Shown: positions 27,064 through 36,357 of the stretch, one piece after another
Layout of the letters: each line of letters begins with the position of its first letter
Numbering within the stretch: the stretch's first letter is position 1
Translations under genes and position numbers: made by a program
Origin: an uncultured Pseudomonadota bacterium
GTDB lineage: Bacteria; Myxococcota_A; Bradymonadia; Bradymonadales; GCA-2716585
Assembly (NCBI GenBank): GCA_937890335.1
Contig: CALBXO010000841.1
Span: 200 to 64,199, forward strand
Length of the DNA stretch: 64,000 nucleotides
Direction of reading: 5' to 3'
The notes under the pieces: generated by a model
Databases searched by the model: none
What the model was told of the DNA's origin: nothing
Seen by the model: the letters and a program-made list of their open reading frames with translations, nothing else

Positions 27064-29406
27064 TCATGGGGCGTTCTCGGGGTCAGCCTGGTGAACGAGC
27101 AGCCAGGCAGACGGCGCGACGAGCACGGAAACCGTGACACCGATACCCACCGTGAGCCCGATGGCCTGCAGCGCCGGCGCCTGCGACATGCCCAGCAGAC
27201 CAAAGCCAAGCACTGTGGTCACGCAGGCCATCGCCATGCTCACGAGCGCCGCGACGACGCTGTCCGTCTCCCCGGTCGACTCGGCGAGAAACACCCCGTA
27301 GTCGACGCCGATACTGAGCACGAGGAGGAGACTGATCAGGTGCAGAATGTTCATCTGTACGCCAAACATCCCCAGCAGCGCCGCCGTCGTCGCTGCCGCG
27401 AGCACCGCGGGCGCAAACGCGGCCAGGACGCGCCGCGGCTTGCGCAAACGCACCGTCAGGACGAGCAGGATCGCCACAAGTCCCAACGGGACCATATGGG
27501 TCGCGCGGGAGCGAAAGCGGCCGTAGAGGTCCGCCATGAACGTGCGTTGGTCGAACAGGAGCCCGCCCTCCTCCTCGACCCGCGCCTCGACAGCAGCGGA
27601 GTCCTTCACACCGCGCAGGAACGTGAGCGCCGCTGTGCGCTCTCCCTCTCCATCACCGGGCAGCGGTACCAGGAACGGCGACAGGAGCGGCGCGAGGGGA
27701 CCGTCCTGAAGCTCAGACAACAGCAACGGCTCGGCGGGCTCCAGGAACCCTGCAAAGAGGGCGGGCTTGAACGCGTCGGCCTCCAGGGCCGCAAGTGTCC
27801 TCCGAGAGAGGTCCCCGGCCGCAAAGAACTTTTCGCCATTGCGCCGCTGCAAATCGGGGCCGAAGACCACACGGTGGAGCGACGAAAACCCCTCCAACTC
27901 TCCCGACTTCACGGCATCGCCCAACACCCTGGCCACCCGATCATTCCCGTCTAGCACACTGTCAGTCGGCCCGGAGACTACAACCAGTCGCCCGGCGTCC
28001 ACACGCGCCACACGCGCCCGCACTCTGGCGTCCTGGGCCTGAAGCTCCGGGTCCAACCGAGTCAGAACCGAGGGGTCGTCCACCCAATCGACCTGCGGCA
28101 GACCCACCGCGCACAGGAGCGCACACATGACGGGAACCACCGTGTGGGGCCAGCGTCGCCGCCGGCGTACAAGTCCGGCGGCCATCCTTGCGATGGCGGT
28201 GTGCAGGCGACCCACGCGAGGCGCGTCGGGCAGCATGACCGGGAGGACGAGCAGGGTCGTTGCGACCGCCGCCACCACGCCGGAGATCGCAAAGACCGCG
28301 ACCTCCACCAGGCCGGGAAACCCTGTGCCAGCAAGCGCCGCAAACCCCAATACAGTGGTCAACGAGCCGATCAGGATGGCGCCACCCACCGCCCGCGCCG
28401 ATCCCCGCTGCCCCACAAGCCAATGATGGTTGAACAGGTGCACCGGGTAGTCGATGGTCACGCCGATGAGCGTCGCACCGAAAGCCAGCGTCAATCCGTG
28501 GAGCGTATCGAACACCACGAGGTTGACGAACAACCCCGTGAGCAAGCCGGTGGCGATGGGAAGGTGTGCGAGCAGCCATGGGCGCGGCGTGACGAACACC
28601 CCGAGGAACAGGAGCGCCACCGCCACAATCGACATGGCGCTGATGCGGGTGATGTCCGCCTGGATGCTCCTTTGGGCCTCCACCGCGAACATCTGCACGC
28701 TGCTCTGTTCCAGGCGTGTCCCGTCGGAGCGCAGCTGCTTCACCAGCCTACCCACGAGGTCTTGGATTGGCTTCTGGGCGGACGACTCGAACGCGGACGA
28801 CCGGGTCGTCGCGAAGACCACGGCGCAGCAGCCGTCCCGAGAGACGAAGCGGCCGTTCTTGACGGCGAGCCCGCCCTGTTGCCCTGCCCGAAACCGCTCG
28901 ATGGCGTCGAGCCATGTCAGCAGCGGATCGCGGGTCGCGAATGTGCGCACCAACGGGCCGGCGGGCCCCCCCAGCTCGCGCTTGAGGCGGGCCGCAGCCG
29001 CTCGGAGCCCCGCGTCGTCCAGCCGCCCGTCAAGTCCCTCGGGATCGTCGGTAGCCAGCAGGTACCGCCGCGGGAAGAAGAGTTTGTAGAAGGCGCCCTC
29101 CATCTCGGGACTCGGCCCCGTAGACACCCAGGCGACCTCGGGCTGCTCGGCAAGCTCGGCGCGGAGCGTGTCGGCGCGGTCCAGCGCCGTGGCCAGGTCG
29201 GGGCCCTCCAGCGTGAGTATCATCGTCCGAGAAACAGGGGCGCGTGTGAGCGCACGGGAGAGAGCGCCCAGCTCCGGGTCGTCGGGCTCGGGCAGGAAGT
29301 GGGTAATCTGGGTGGTTACGTCGAACGTTAGCGCCACGCCGATGAGCATTCCGACGACCGCCACACCCCACACCACGACACCCATCCAACGGCGAGGGCC
29401 GTTCAT
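27064..29406 (-). CDS. MMPL/RND-superfamily membrane exporter, copy 1
   Basis: 780 aa with two hydrophobic bundles of about 5-6 TM, each preceded by a large soluble loop. ATGA overlap with the LolA-like gene. Confidence 0.8.
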   Translation of the reverse strand: MNGPRRWMGVVVWGVAVVGMLIGVALTFDVTTQITHFLPEPDDPELGALSRALTRAPVSRTMILTLEGPDLATALDRADTLRAELAEQPEVAWVSTGPSPEMEGAFYKLFFPRRYLLATDDPEGLDGRLDDAGLRAAAARLKRELGGPAGPLVRTFATRDPLLTWLDAIERFRAGQQGGLAVKNGRFVSRDGCCAVVFATTRSSAFESSAQKPIQDLVGRLVKQLRSDGTRLEQSSVQMFAVEAQRSIQADITRISAMSIVAVALLFLGVFVTPRPWLLAHLPIATGLLTGLFVNLVVFDTLHGLTLAFGATLIGVTIDYPVHLFNHHWLVGQRGSARAVGGAILIGSLTTVLGFAALAGTGFPGLVEVAVFAISGVVAAVATTLLVLPVMLPDAPRVGRLHTAIARMAAGLVRRRRRWPHTVVPVMCALLCAVGLPQVDWVDDPSVLTRLDPELQAQDARVRARVARVDAGRLVVVSGPTDSVLDGNDRVARVLGDAVKSGELEGFSSLHRVVFGPDLQRRNGEKFFAAGDLSRRTLAALEADAFKPALFAGFLEPAEPLLLSELQDGPLAPLLSPFLVPLPGDGEGERTAALTFLRGVKDSAAVEARVEEEGGLLFDQRTFMADLYGRFRSRATHMVPLGLVAILLVLTVRLRKPRRVLAAFAPAVLAAATTAALLGMFGVQMNILHLISLLLVLSIGVDYGVFLAESTGETDSVVAALVSMAMACVTTVLGFGLLGMSQAPALQAIGLTVGIGVTVSVLVAPSAWLLVHQADPENAP

Positions 29407-30038
29407 GGCCCTCCGATGCGGAACACGCGCTCGATCTCGGTAGGCGAGTACCTCCGGTCCGTCCGGACGCCGACAAAGACCATCTCCCGGCGGTCTCCGC
29501 TGGCTTCGAACAGGGTCATCGCGGACACATTCAGGCCGCGCCCCTTGAACGTCATGCGCTCAATCACCTTCGTCAACGTGGGCGACCGCGGTGTCAGCGT
29601 CAGCGTCCACTCGTCGTCCATCGCCACGCTGAACTCCACGCGGTACGCCTTCTCCAGCGAAGGCCGGTCGCCGGCCAGGATGTGGAGCAGGCTGCCTGTG
29701 AGCTCCGCGGCCACGGGATGGGCCGCCAGATCCACTTCGCGGCGTCCGTGTGCGTCGCCCACCGTCAGCGTGGACGCGTCGAGCACAAACGAGCTGCGCG
29801 CAGGCTTCAGGGTGTGGCGCGCGAGCCTGGACGGCGGCGCAAAGTGCACGGTGCCCTCGTGCGTCAGGGGCTGAGTGAGCAGAGCGATGTGCTGCACCTC
29901 CCGGAAGTCCGCCGATAGCCCGGGCATCTGCGCGAACTTCGTGAGCAGCCCGTCAAGATCATCTTGCGCCTGGGCAGTGTGGGGGATGACCAGGAGCAGC
30001 GCGACAATCACCGCTTCAACGACCCTGGAGTAGCGCAT
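29403..30038 (-). CDS. LolA-like outer-membrane lipoprotein carrier protein, copy 1
   Basis: Signal peptide MRYSRVVEAVIVALLLVIPHTAQA. LolA-like blocks (LSADFREVQHIALLTQPLTHEGTVHF). Synteny with the MMPL exporter. Confidence 0.7.
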   Translation of the reverse strand: MRYSRVVEAVIVALLLVIPHTAQAQDDLDGLLTKFAQMPGLSADFREVQHIALLTQPLTHEGTVHFAPPSRLARHTLKPARSSFVLDASTLTVGDAHGRREVDLAAHPVAAELTGSLLHILAGDRPSLEKAYRVEFSVAMDDEWTLTLTPRSPTLTKVIERMTFKGRGLNVSAMTLFEASGDRREMVFVGVRTDRRYSPTEIERVFRIGGP

Positions 30039-30453
30039 CGGGTGTCTGTGGGAGGAGGTTTCCCTCGGCATCGGTCGTCACCAGTGTCGTGTGCGCGCGC
30101 GCTGCTCGGCGGCCTTCAGTTACGTTGGTCACGTCGTACGCCACGACGATCCTGGGCGTCAGTTCCCGAAACCAGGCCTTCACCTGGACCCGGTCACCGT
30201 AGCGCAAAGGGTGTACATGGCGACACCTGGTTTCTGTCACCACCATGCGGCACCCGATGGCCAGCACATCCTCCACGTCCATCCCGTTTTTTCGCGCGAG
30301 CGCAGTACGGGCGATCTCCAAGTATTTGTAGTAGTGCCCGTGCCACACGATCCAGCCGGCGTCCACATCGTGGAATGGGACCTCAATCTCCACGGTCACA
30401 GACTCTCTCTGCTTCAATCGTCGCCCCCCAACGCCAGCTCGCCACGTCGCCAC
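30016..30453 (-). CDS. 4HBT/YbgC-type hot-dog acyl thioesterase, copy 1
   Basis: VEIEVPFHDVDAGWIVWHGHYYKYLEIART matches the 4HBT catalytic-Asp block. An alternative TTG start at 30417 would give a TTGA overlap with the ammonia-lyase stop. Confidence 0.75.
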   Translation of the reverse strand: MATWRAGVGGRRLKQRESVTVEIEVPFHDVDAGWIVWHGHYYKYLEIARTALARKNGMDVEDVLAIGCRMVVTETRCRHVHPLRYGDRVQVKAWFRELTPRIVVAYDVTNVTEGRRAARAHTTLVTTDAEGNLLPQTPDALLQGR

Positions 30454-31916
30454 GCGCCGAGTAGCTCCGCGATGTCCAGGTCCTGTCTGCGATCCTCCTT
30501 GACCGGCGCCACGCGCAGACGCACCTCCGCATGGACCGCCATTGTCGCGGGACGCAGTGCATCCTCGCCCCGCAGGTCGACCGCCTGGCAGGCCGCCAGA
30601 AGATTCATGATGGCCACGGTCTCCGAGAGCTCCAGGACGCGCTGGGCATCACGGGCTGCGATGGTCCCCATGGAGACTTTGTCCTGGTTGTGACACTCGG
30701 TGCTCCGGCTGAACGACGCGGCGGGCATGGTCAACTTCAGCGCCTCCGCGGTCAGCGCCGACGTGGCGATGGAGACCGCCTTGAACCCATGCCCCACCGA
30801 GCCGCCGGGCCAGGCCAGACTCGGGGTCAACGCGTTGTTGTACGCCGGGTTGCACAGGTGCTGGACCTGCCTGTCGAGCAAATCCGCGATGCTCGCCACT
30901 GCAGCCTTCAGCGCGTCCATCGCGAAAGCGATGTGGCCGCCATAGAAATTCCCGCCGTGTAGAACGTCACCCGTCGCCGGGTCAAAGATGGGATTGTCGT
31001 TGACACTGTTGATCTCCGTCTCCACGAAGGTCTCCAGCATCGGCAGCGCGTCGACGAGGACGCCAATCACGTGGGGCGCGCAGCGCAGGGAGTACCGATC
31101 CTGGATGCGCGGGGCGGGCCGGTCGGGGCCACCAACAAGCGCATCCCGTATCCACCCGGCGGCGCGCGCCTGCCCAGGGTGGGGCTTGGCCTCAAAGATG
31201 CGCGCATCGAAATGGGAGGCGTTGCCGTCCAGTACGTCCACGACCATGGCGGAGACGGTTGCTGCGGCCCGCGCCAATTTGCGCGCGCGAGAGCAGGCCA
31301 GCGCCGCAAGTCCCGTCATCACGCTCGTCCCGTTCATCAGCGCCAGGCTCTCCTTGGGCAGCAGGGCCAGCGGCTCGATCCCCAGGGCGTCGAACACGCG
31401 GGCTGTGGTGGTGAGCTCGCCCTCATAGAGGACCTCGCGCGACCCGCTCAGCACCGCCGCAATGTAGGACAGCGGCGTCAGATCTCCGCTGGCCCCCACA
31501 GAGCCCTCGCAGGGGATGCGCGGAAGGATCTGTGAGTTGACCAGCTGACACAATCGCTCGACCACTACGGGCCGCACCGCCGAATGTCCGCGGGACAACG
31601 ACACCGCCCGCACCACCATCACCGCCGTGGTCTCCTCCGGGGTCAGACAGGCGCCGGTGCCGCATCCGTGGAACCGGACCAGGTTGCGGGCCAGCTCCAG
31701 CCGGCTGTCCGCCGACTCGACATCGCGCACGCAATCATCACCAAACCCAGTCGTGACACCGTAGACCGCGCGGCCCTCTGCGAGCTGTCGCTGAAGCGCC
31801 TCGTGGGAGCAGCGACACACCTCGGCGGCGTCTGGATGCAGAGCGATGTGTTGCCGTCCGTGTGCTGCATCCACCACGTCGTCGATTCCCAAGGGCTCGA
31901 CCCCGATCATCAACAT
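30414..31916 (-). CDS. Aromatic amino acid ammonia-lyase (HAL/PAL/TAL family, MIO enzyme), copy 1
   Basis: MIO-forming triad in GSVGASGDLTPLSYIA. Family blocks GVTTGFGD, NLVRFHGCGTG, QDRYSLRC, GGNFYGG. Confidence 0.9.
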   Translation of the reverse strand: MLMIGVEPLGIDDVVDAAHGRQHIALHPDAAEVCRCSHEALQRQLAEGRAVYGVTTGFGDDCVRDVESADSRLELARNLVRFHGCGTGACLTPEETTAVMVVRAVSLSRGHSAVRPVVVERLCQLVNSQILPRIPCEGSVGASGDLTPLSYIAAVLSGSREVLYEGELTTTARVFDALGIEPLALLPKESLALMNGTSVMTGLAALACSRARKLARAAATVSAMVVDVLDGNASHFDARIFEAKPHPGQARAAGWIRDALVGGPDRPAPRIQDRYSLRCAPHVIGVLVDALPMLETFVETEINSVNDNPIFDPATGDVLHGGNFYGGHIAFAMDALKAAVASIADLLDRQVQHLCNPAYNNALTPSLAWPGGSVGHGFKAVSIATSALTAEALKLTMPAASFSRSTECHNQDKVSMGTIAARDAQRVLELSETVAIMNLLAACQAVDLRGEDALRPATMAVHAEVRLRVAPVKEDRRQDLDIAELLGAWRRGELALGGDD

Positions 31917-32830
31917 TCATCACCCCAGAAGTCGTAGAAATTGAACCAGTTGTCTGGAGCCTGCCGGGCGTAGTGCTCCACCCGGCTGGCATAGCGTTGC
32001 GCGAGATCCTCGAGTGCCCGTGCCTTGGCTTTGCCTCGAGGCAGCACGATCTTGTCGGAAAACGGCTCACAGTACAGATCGTAGCGATCGCCACCACGAT
32101 ACAGCCCGAATGTCAGGTACACCGGGCACCCCAAAAGCGCCGCAAGGATGTAGGGCCCGGTCGGAAGTCGCGCCGGTGCGCCCATAAACTGGACCGTCGC
32201 GGTGCGCGGATTGAGGCCCACACGGTCGCCCAGGAGAGCGACGAACTCTCCGGCCTCGACCCGCTCCTTGGCCGCGAAGACCGCGTCCAGGCTGCCCGGA
32301 CGGATCGCCAATACGCACGCGCCCCCCGCCGGGTCCAGCTGGCTGAGCACCTCATTGATCATCTTGGCATTGTCGACGTACGCTAGGATGTTGATCTTCA
32401 TCGCCTCCTGCTCGCCCCCGATGCGCATCGCCTCAAAGCTACCCAGATGCGCTCCGAGCAGGACCGCTCCTCGTCTGGAGTCACGCAGCGCGCTCAGGTG
32501 CTCGTGGCCTGTGCGCGTCACCGTAAATCGGGCCAGCTGGCCGCGAACCAGGAACAGCCGGTCGAGCGTGACCTGACCAAAACGTAGCAAGTGGCGATAC
32601 ACCGTCCCAAAGCCGACCTTGCGCCCATGGACACGTTCCAGGAAAGCCGCTGAGGACCGCCTGGCGGACCTGAAGAAGACGGCGTAGTACGCGATGACCA
32701 CGGTCAGAAACACCCGCGGGACGGCGCGCCCGAATACCGTCGCCAGCAGGACGAACCAGCGCATCCCCAGCGCAGTGCCTCGCTCCCGCGCGGTGAGCCA
32801 CTGGACCGAAGTGTCCCCGTTCTGTGTCAT
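31910..32830 (-). CDS. LpxL/HtrB-type (lipid A biosynthesis-like) acyltransferase, copy 1
   Basis: Start MTQNGDTS with ATGA overlap to the GT2 stop. N-terminal TM segment. The C-terminal half resembles the lauroyl/myristoyl acyltransferase family (LLGDR...VQFMGAPARLPTGPYILAALLGCPV). Confidence 0.6.
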   Translation of the reverse strand: MTQNGDTSVQWLTARERGTALGMRWFVLLATVFGRAVPRVFLTVVIAYYAVFFRSARRSSAAFLERVHGRKVGFGTVYRHLLRFGQVTLDRLFLVRGQLARFTVTRTGHEHLSALRDSRRGAVLLGAHLGSFEAMRIGGEQEAMKINILAYVDNAKMINEVLSQLDPAGGACVLAIRPGSLDAVFAAKERVEAGEFVALLGDRVGLNPRTATVQFMGAPARLPTGPYILAALLGCPVYLTFGLYRGGDRYDLYCEPFSDKIVLPRGKAKARALEDLAQRYASRVEHYARQAPDNWFNFYDFWGDEC

Positions 32831-33576
32831 CTGCGCAGCCGTCGTATGCGGCGTCCAGTAGCCACGCGCCACATCGCCTCGATTACCAGCCGGGTGTGCG
32901 CCCAGGAGATCAGCACATTGTCCTGAAAGGGCCGGAAGTGCGAGACGCCGCCCTGCGCCGCGCTCAGATACCGCACCGTGACAGGCTCGTTCACGACCGC
33001 GACCCCGGCCCACACCATGCGGACGGCAACCTCGATGTCAAAGTCCATGCGGTCGCCGCTGGCCCGCGCCGCCGGAAGCGCCGTGGCCACAGGATAGACG
33101 CGGAAACCGCACATGGGGTCCGTGATGGCGAGCCCGCCCGTCTCGATCCACGTCCACACGCGTGTGATCTGACGAGCGCAACGCCGGAGAAGTGGCGCGG
33201 AGGCGTCAAATTGTGGGGCGCCCAGAACGAGGGCGTCCGGGTCCCGGCGCGCCGCGTCTACGAAGTCGACAAGCCGCGTCAGGTCGTGCTGGTGGTCGGC
33301 GTCCACCTGCAACGCGTGGGAGAATCCGCGGGTCTCCGCCAGCGAGAGGCCGTCCTTGACCGCCGCCCCCTTTCCGCCGTTCTCGGACCTGGTATGAACC
33401 GACACGCCAGCCAGCGCGCCAATGGACTCCAGCGCAGCCCGAGCCTGCTCCGATCCCGCGTCATCCACGACGAAGACCTCGTCGACCACAGCACGCAAGG
33501 CGCGGACGACGGCTCCAATCGTGCGGGGGTTGTTGTAGGTCGGCACGACGCCGCACACGCGGAAGTCGTCGGTCAT
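32827..33576 (-). CDS. Family-2 glycosyltransferase, copy 1
   Basis: CGVVPTYNNPRTIG, VFVVDDAGSEQ and DxD-like QVDADHQHD. ATGA overlaps on both sides. Confidence 0.8.
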   Translation of the reverse strand: MTDDFRVCGVVPTYNNPRTIGAVVRALRAVVDEVFVVDDAGSEQARAALESIGALAGVSVHTRSENGGKGAAVKDGLSLAETRGFSHALQVDADHQHDLTRLVDFVDAARRDPDALVLGAPQFDASAPLLRRCARQITRVWTWIETGGLAITDPMCGFRVYPVATALPAARASGDRMDFDIEVAVRMVWAGVAVVNEPVTVRYLSAAQGGVSHFRPFQDNVLISWAHTRLVIEAMWRVATGRRIRRLRR

Positions 33577-35201
33577 GGGAACTCCCCAAAAACAAGAGTG
33601 CCGGAACTGCAGACTTCCTCTCCCATGAGCAGCCGGAACGCCACCTGATTTGGGCGCGCGATCTCCAGGCTCAGGACCAGTCGGTCGTCCGGGCCGATGG
33701 GTCGTTTGAATTTGAGCCGGTGGACCTCGTGAAGAGGGCCAAACTCGGGCCACGCGTCACGGATCTGCCGCGCGACGATTCTTTGTAATTGCACTACGCC
33801 GGGCAGGATCGGGAAGCCCTCGAAATGTCCCCTGAAGTACAGCAGATTTGCCGGCACGTGCACGTCGTACCAGCGGCAGTCGCCCTCCGAAGGCAGGGGG
33901 GTGATCGGAATCTGTGTCGTGTCCTCAAGGTCCGCCCGCCGCACCTTGCCAAGCTCGGTACGGGGCAGTTCGTCCACGACGTGGATCCTCGGAATCACGC
34001 TGCGTTGGAGGTGCTGCCCGAGGTAGCCGCGCAAGTCCCCGAGACCATCTCGCACCACGACGAACGCGGACAGAGACGCCGTACGCAAGGGCGAACCCGC
34101 CTCCGCAAACACGGCGGCGTCCACCACATCCGGGTGGGCTAGAAGCAGGTCCCGAACGTCGCCCACCGCGACACGGATGCCGCCAACCTTGACCACATCG
34201 TCGAGCCTGCCCAGGTGCTCAAACCCGTTGCCGTCGGCGCGCACCTTGTCCGCACACGAGTACGGACGAGGGCAATCCGGGGGCAGAAACGGCGAGTCGA
34301 TGAGCAGAGTTCCGTCGTCGTCGACGTCCCACACTACACCGGGAAGCGGCAGGAACGGCTCACGCGGCGACGCGCGCCGGTAGGCAATCCCCCCTGTCTC
34401 CGTGGACCCGAGCACCTCGGTGACCTGCATGTGGTGACGCGAGTCCAGTTCCCGCGCCACAGTGGGCGGCAGCGGCGCGCCCGAGGAGAAAACGTGGCAC
34501 CGGGGAGCAGTGAGGTCGGACAGCACGCAAAGCGCCTGTAGATGCGCTGGCACGGTGACAAGAACATCCGCCTCCTCCAGCTGTGCCGCCACCGCGTTGG
34601 GATGGAACGGCGCGACCCTGACGAACGACCCTCCCGAGCCAAGGGGAACAAGCACCGTGAACAGCAGGCCGTAGATGTGTCTAGGCGCGACGGTACCCAG
34701 GACGCGGGTGCCTGGTTGGATGCCGAACGTATCCCGGATGACCGCTGCCTCGCCCAGGAGTTGGCCAGCCGTTTTGGTCATCGGGCGGGCGTCACCGCCA
34801 GTGCCGGAGGTGTACAACACGACCAACGTCCGCTCTGGCGGGTGACTGCGAAAACTCTTGAGGGTCGGTGTGCTCAGAGCGGACGAGCGCCAGGGAGTGG
34901 TCAGGACAAGGGCGGACTCAGAGTGGGCTACGCTGCGGACGCCCTCGGGCGCGTCGGTCGGCGCCAGGACCACGCGCCACCCCAGCTCCCACGCGGCCAG
35001 CATCTGGACCGCGAACTCATACCGGTCGCTCTCGGAGACGAGCAACGCTGCAGCCTGGCCGCTGGCGCGAAGTACCCCCGCGCACCCAGCGACGTCCGCG
35101 AGAAGCTCCGACAAAGTGGTGGTGCCCTGCGCCCCGCGCGCTACGACGCAACCGGGTCCACGAAAGCGGTCGACCGCCTGTAGCGAGCCCGCCTCAGCCA
35201 T
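33573..35201 (-). CDS. AMP-dependent synthetase/ligase fused to a C-terminal hot-dog dehydratase domain, copy 1
   Basis: Adenylation motifs YTSGTGGDARP, GSTETGGIAY, VVKVGGIRV, LPRTELGKVRR. C-terminal FRGHFEGFPILPGVV (FabA/Z-type His block). Start MAEAGSL at 35201. Confidence 0.85.
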   Translation of the reverse strand: MAEAGSLQAVDRFRGPGCVVARGAQGTTTLSELLADVAGCAGVLRASGQAAALLVSESDRYEFAVQMLAAWELGWRVVLAPTDAPEGVRSVAHSESALVLTTPWRSSALSTPTLKSFRSHPPERTLVVLYTSGTGGDARPMTKTAGQLLGEAAVIRDTFGIQPGTRVLGTVAPRHIYGLLFTVLVPLGSGGSFVRVAPFHPNAVAAQLEEADVLVTVPAHLQALCVLSDLTAPRCHVFSSGAPLPPTVARELDSRHHMQVTEVLGSTETGGIAYRRASPREPFLPLPGVVWDVDDDGTLLIDSPFLPPDCPRPYSCADKVRADGNGFEHLGRLDDVVKVGGIRVAVGDVRDLLLAHPDVVDAAVFAEAGSPLRTASLSAFVVVRDGLGDLRGYLGQHLQRSVIPRIHVVDELPRTELGKVRRADLEDTTQIPITPLPSEGDCRWYDVHVPANLLYFRGHFEGFPILPGVVQLQRIVARQIRDAWPEFGPLHEVHRLKFKRPIGPDDRLVLSLEIARPNQVAFRLLMGEEVCSSGTLVFGEFP

Positions 35202-35832
35202 GCCCCTCGCCGATGATTCTGCGCAACGCGCGGTCGTGCAGGCCAGTGCCGAACTCCCGGAAGCGGACCTTCCGCACAATGTACTCCCCTGTGAACATGC
35301 ACCCCATCAGAGCATAGGCGATGATCCCGGTGTACAGGGCCCACCACGAGACTGGCGCCCACAGTGCCAGGCCCGCTGCGATGGTGCCGTTGACGACGAA
35401 GAAGACGCACCACACGAGCGTGACCTTGCGGCAGTACGGCAGGTGCGCGTCGGGAAGGTCTGGGTGCTGCAGACGCGCAAAACGCTCGACCATCGACACC
35501 GGCTGGCGCAACGTGACGCCAAAGCCAACGAGCAGCGCTGCGTTGATCAGTACCGGCATGAGGAGCACGTAGACTGGGTCGTTGAGAACGACGCCGAGCA
35601 CGATGAGTCCCACCACCGCCAGCGGCAGTCGCGCCACTGCCCAGAGTTCCGCCCGTCTGCGCCCCCGGGCGCGCATCACGAACGCACCGATGACGACGCC
35701 GACGAGCAGGAGGCCGCCGCCGCGCAGGCTCCAATGCGTGAGCGCAAGGTACACCAACGCCGGGTAGAGCAGGACCAGAGTCGTGTTGATAACGGCCGTT
35801 ACGACCTTGAGGGTGGTGTCAGACCGGGACAT
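35194..35832 (-). CDS. Integral membrane protein (COG4648-like position in APE clusters), copy 1
   Basis: 212 aa with about 6 hydrophobic helices. Located between the ACP and AMP-ligase genes. Confidence 0.65.
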   Translation of the reverse strand: MSRSDTTLKVVTAVINTTLVLLYPALVYLALTHWSLRGGGLLLVGVVIGAFVMRARGRRRAELWAVARLPLAVVGLIVLGVVLNDPVYVLLMPVLINAALLVGFGVTLRQPVSMVERFARLQHPDLPDAHLPYCRKVTLVWCVFFVVNGTIAAGLALWAPVSWWALYTGIIAYALMGCMFTGEYIVRKVRFREFGTGLHDRALRRIIGEGHG

Positions 35833-36346
35833 CCGCCGGTTGGGTCATCAGGGACTCCACCAGGTCGACGACATCTCGAACACGACGCACTTCCATGAGA
35901 CTCTTCTCAGGAACACGCGTCCCGGTGAACTCCTGCAGCTTCACCGCCATGTCCAGCGCGTCGATGCTGTCGAGGTCGAGGTCCTCAAACAGGTGGACAT
36001 CCAAGGTGATCTCTCCCGGGTCGATCTCGAACATCTCTGAAAGCGTATCCCGAATCTTCACGAAGATCTGCTCGCGCGGACCCAGAACCACAGCCTCGCG
36101 GCGCGCGTCTACGTAGGCGGCAAGTGACCGCAGTGATGTGAAAATCGCTCGGTTATCGTCGTCGCCCGCCGTGAACTCCACACCGTAGGCGCGCTTGATG
36201 ACCATGGCGATCTCAAGCGCGTCGATGGAGTCCAGATCCAGCTCCTCGAAGAGGTGGCCTTCCGGGGGGTGCGAATCCAGGTCGACGTCAGGCAACAACA
36301 GAGCCTCCACGATGAGACTCAGCAGCTCTCTTTCAAATGCGTTCAT
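35819..36346 (-). CDS. Tandem di-domain acyl carrier protein, copy 1
   Basis: Two phosphopantetheine attachment motifs: EELDLDSIDALEIAM and EDLDLDSIDALDMAV. Confidence 0.85.
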   Translation of the reverse strand: MNAFERELLSLIVEALLLPDVDLDSHPPEGHLFEELDLDSIDALEIAMVIKRAYGVEFTAGDDDNRAIFTSLRSLAAYVDARREAVVLGPREQIFVKIRDTLSEMFEIDPGEITLDVHLFEDLDLDSIDALDMAVKLQEFTGTRVPEKSLMEVRRVRDVVDLVESLMTQPADVPV

Positions 36347-36357
36347 TGGACCAAAGG

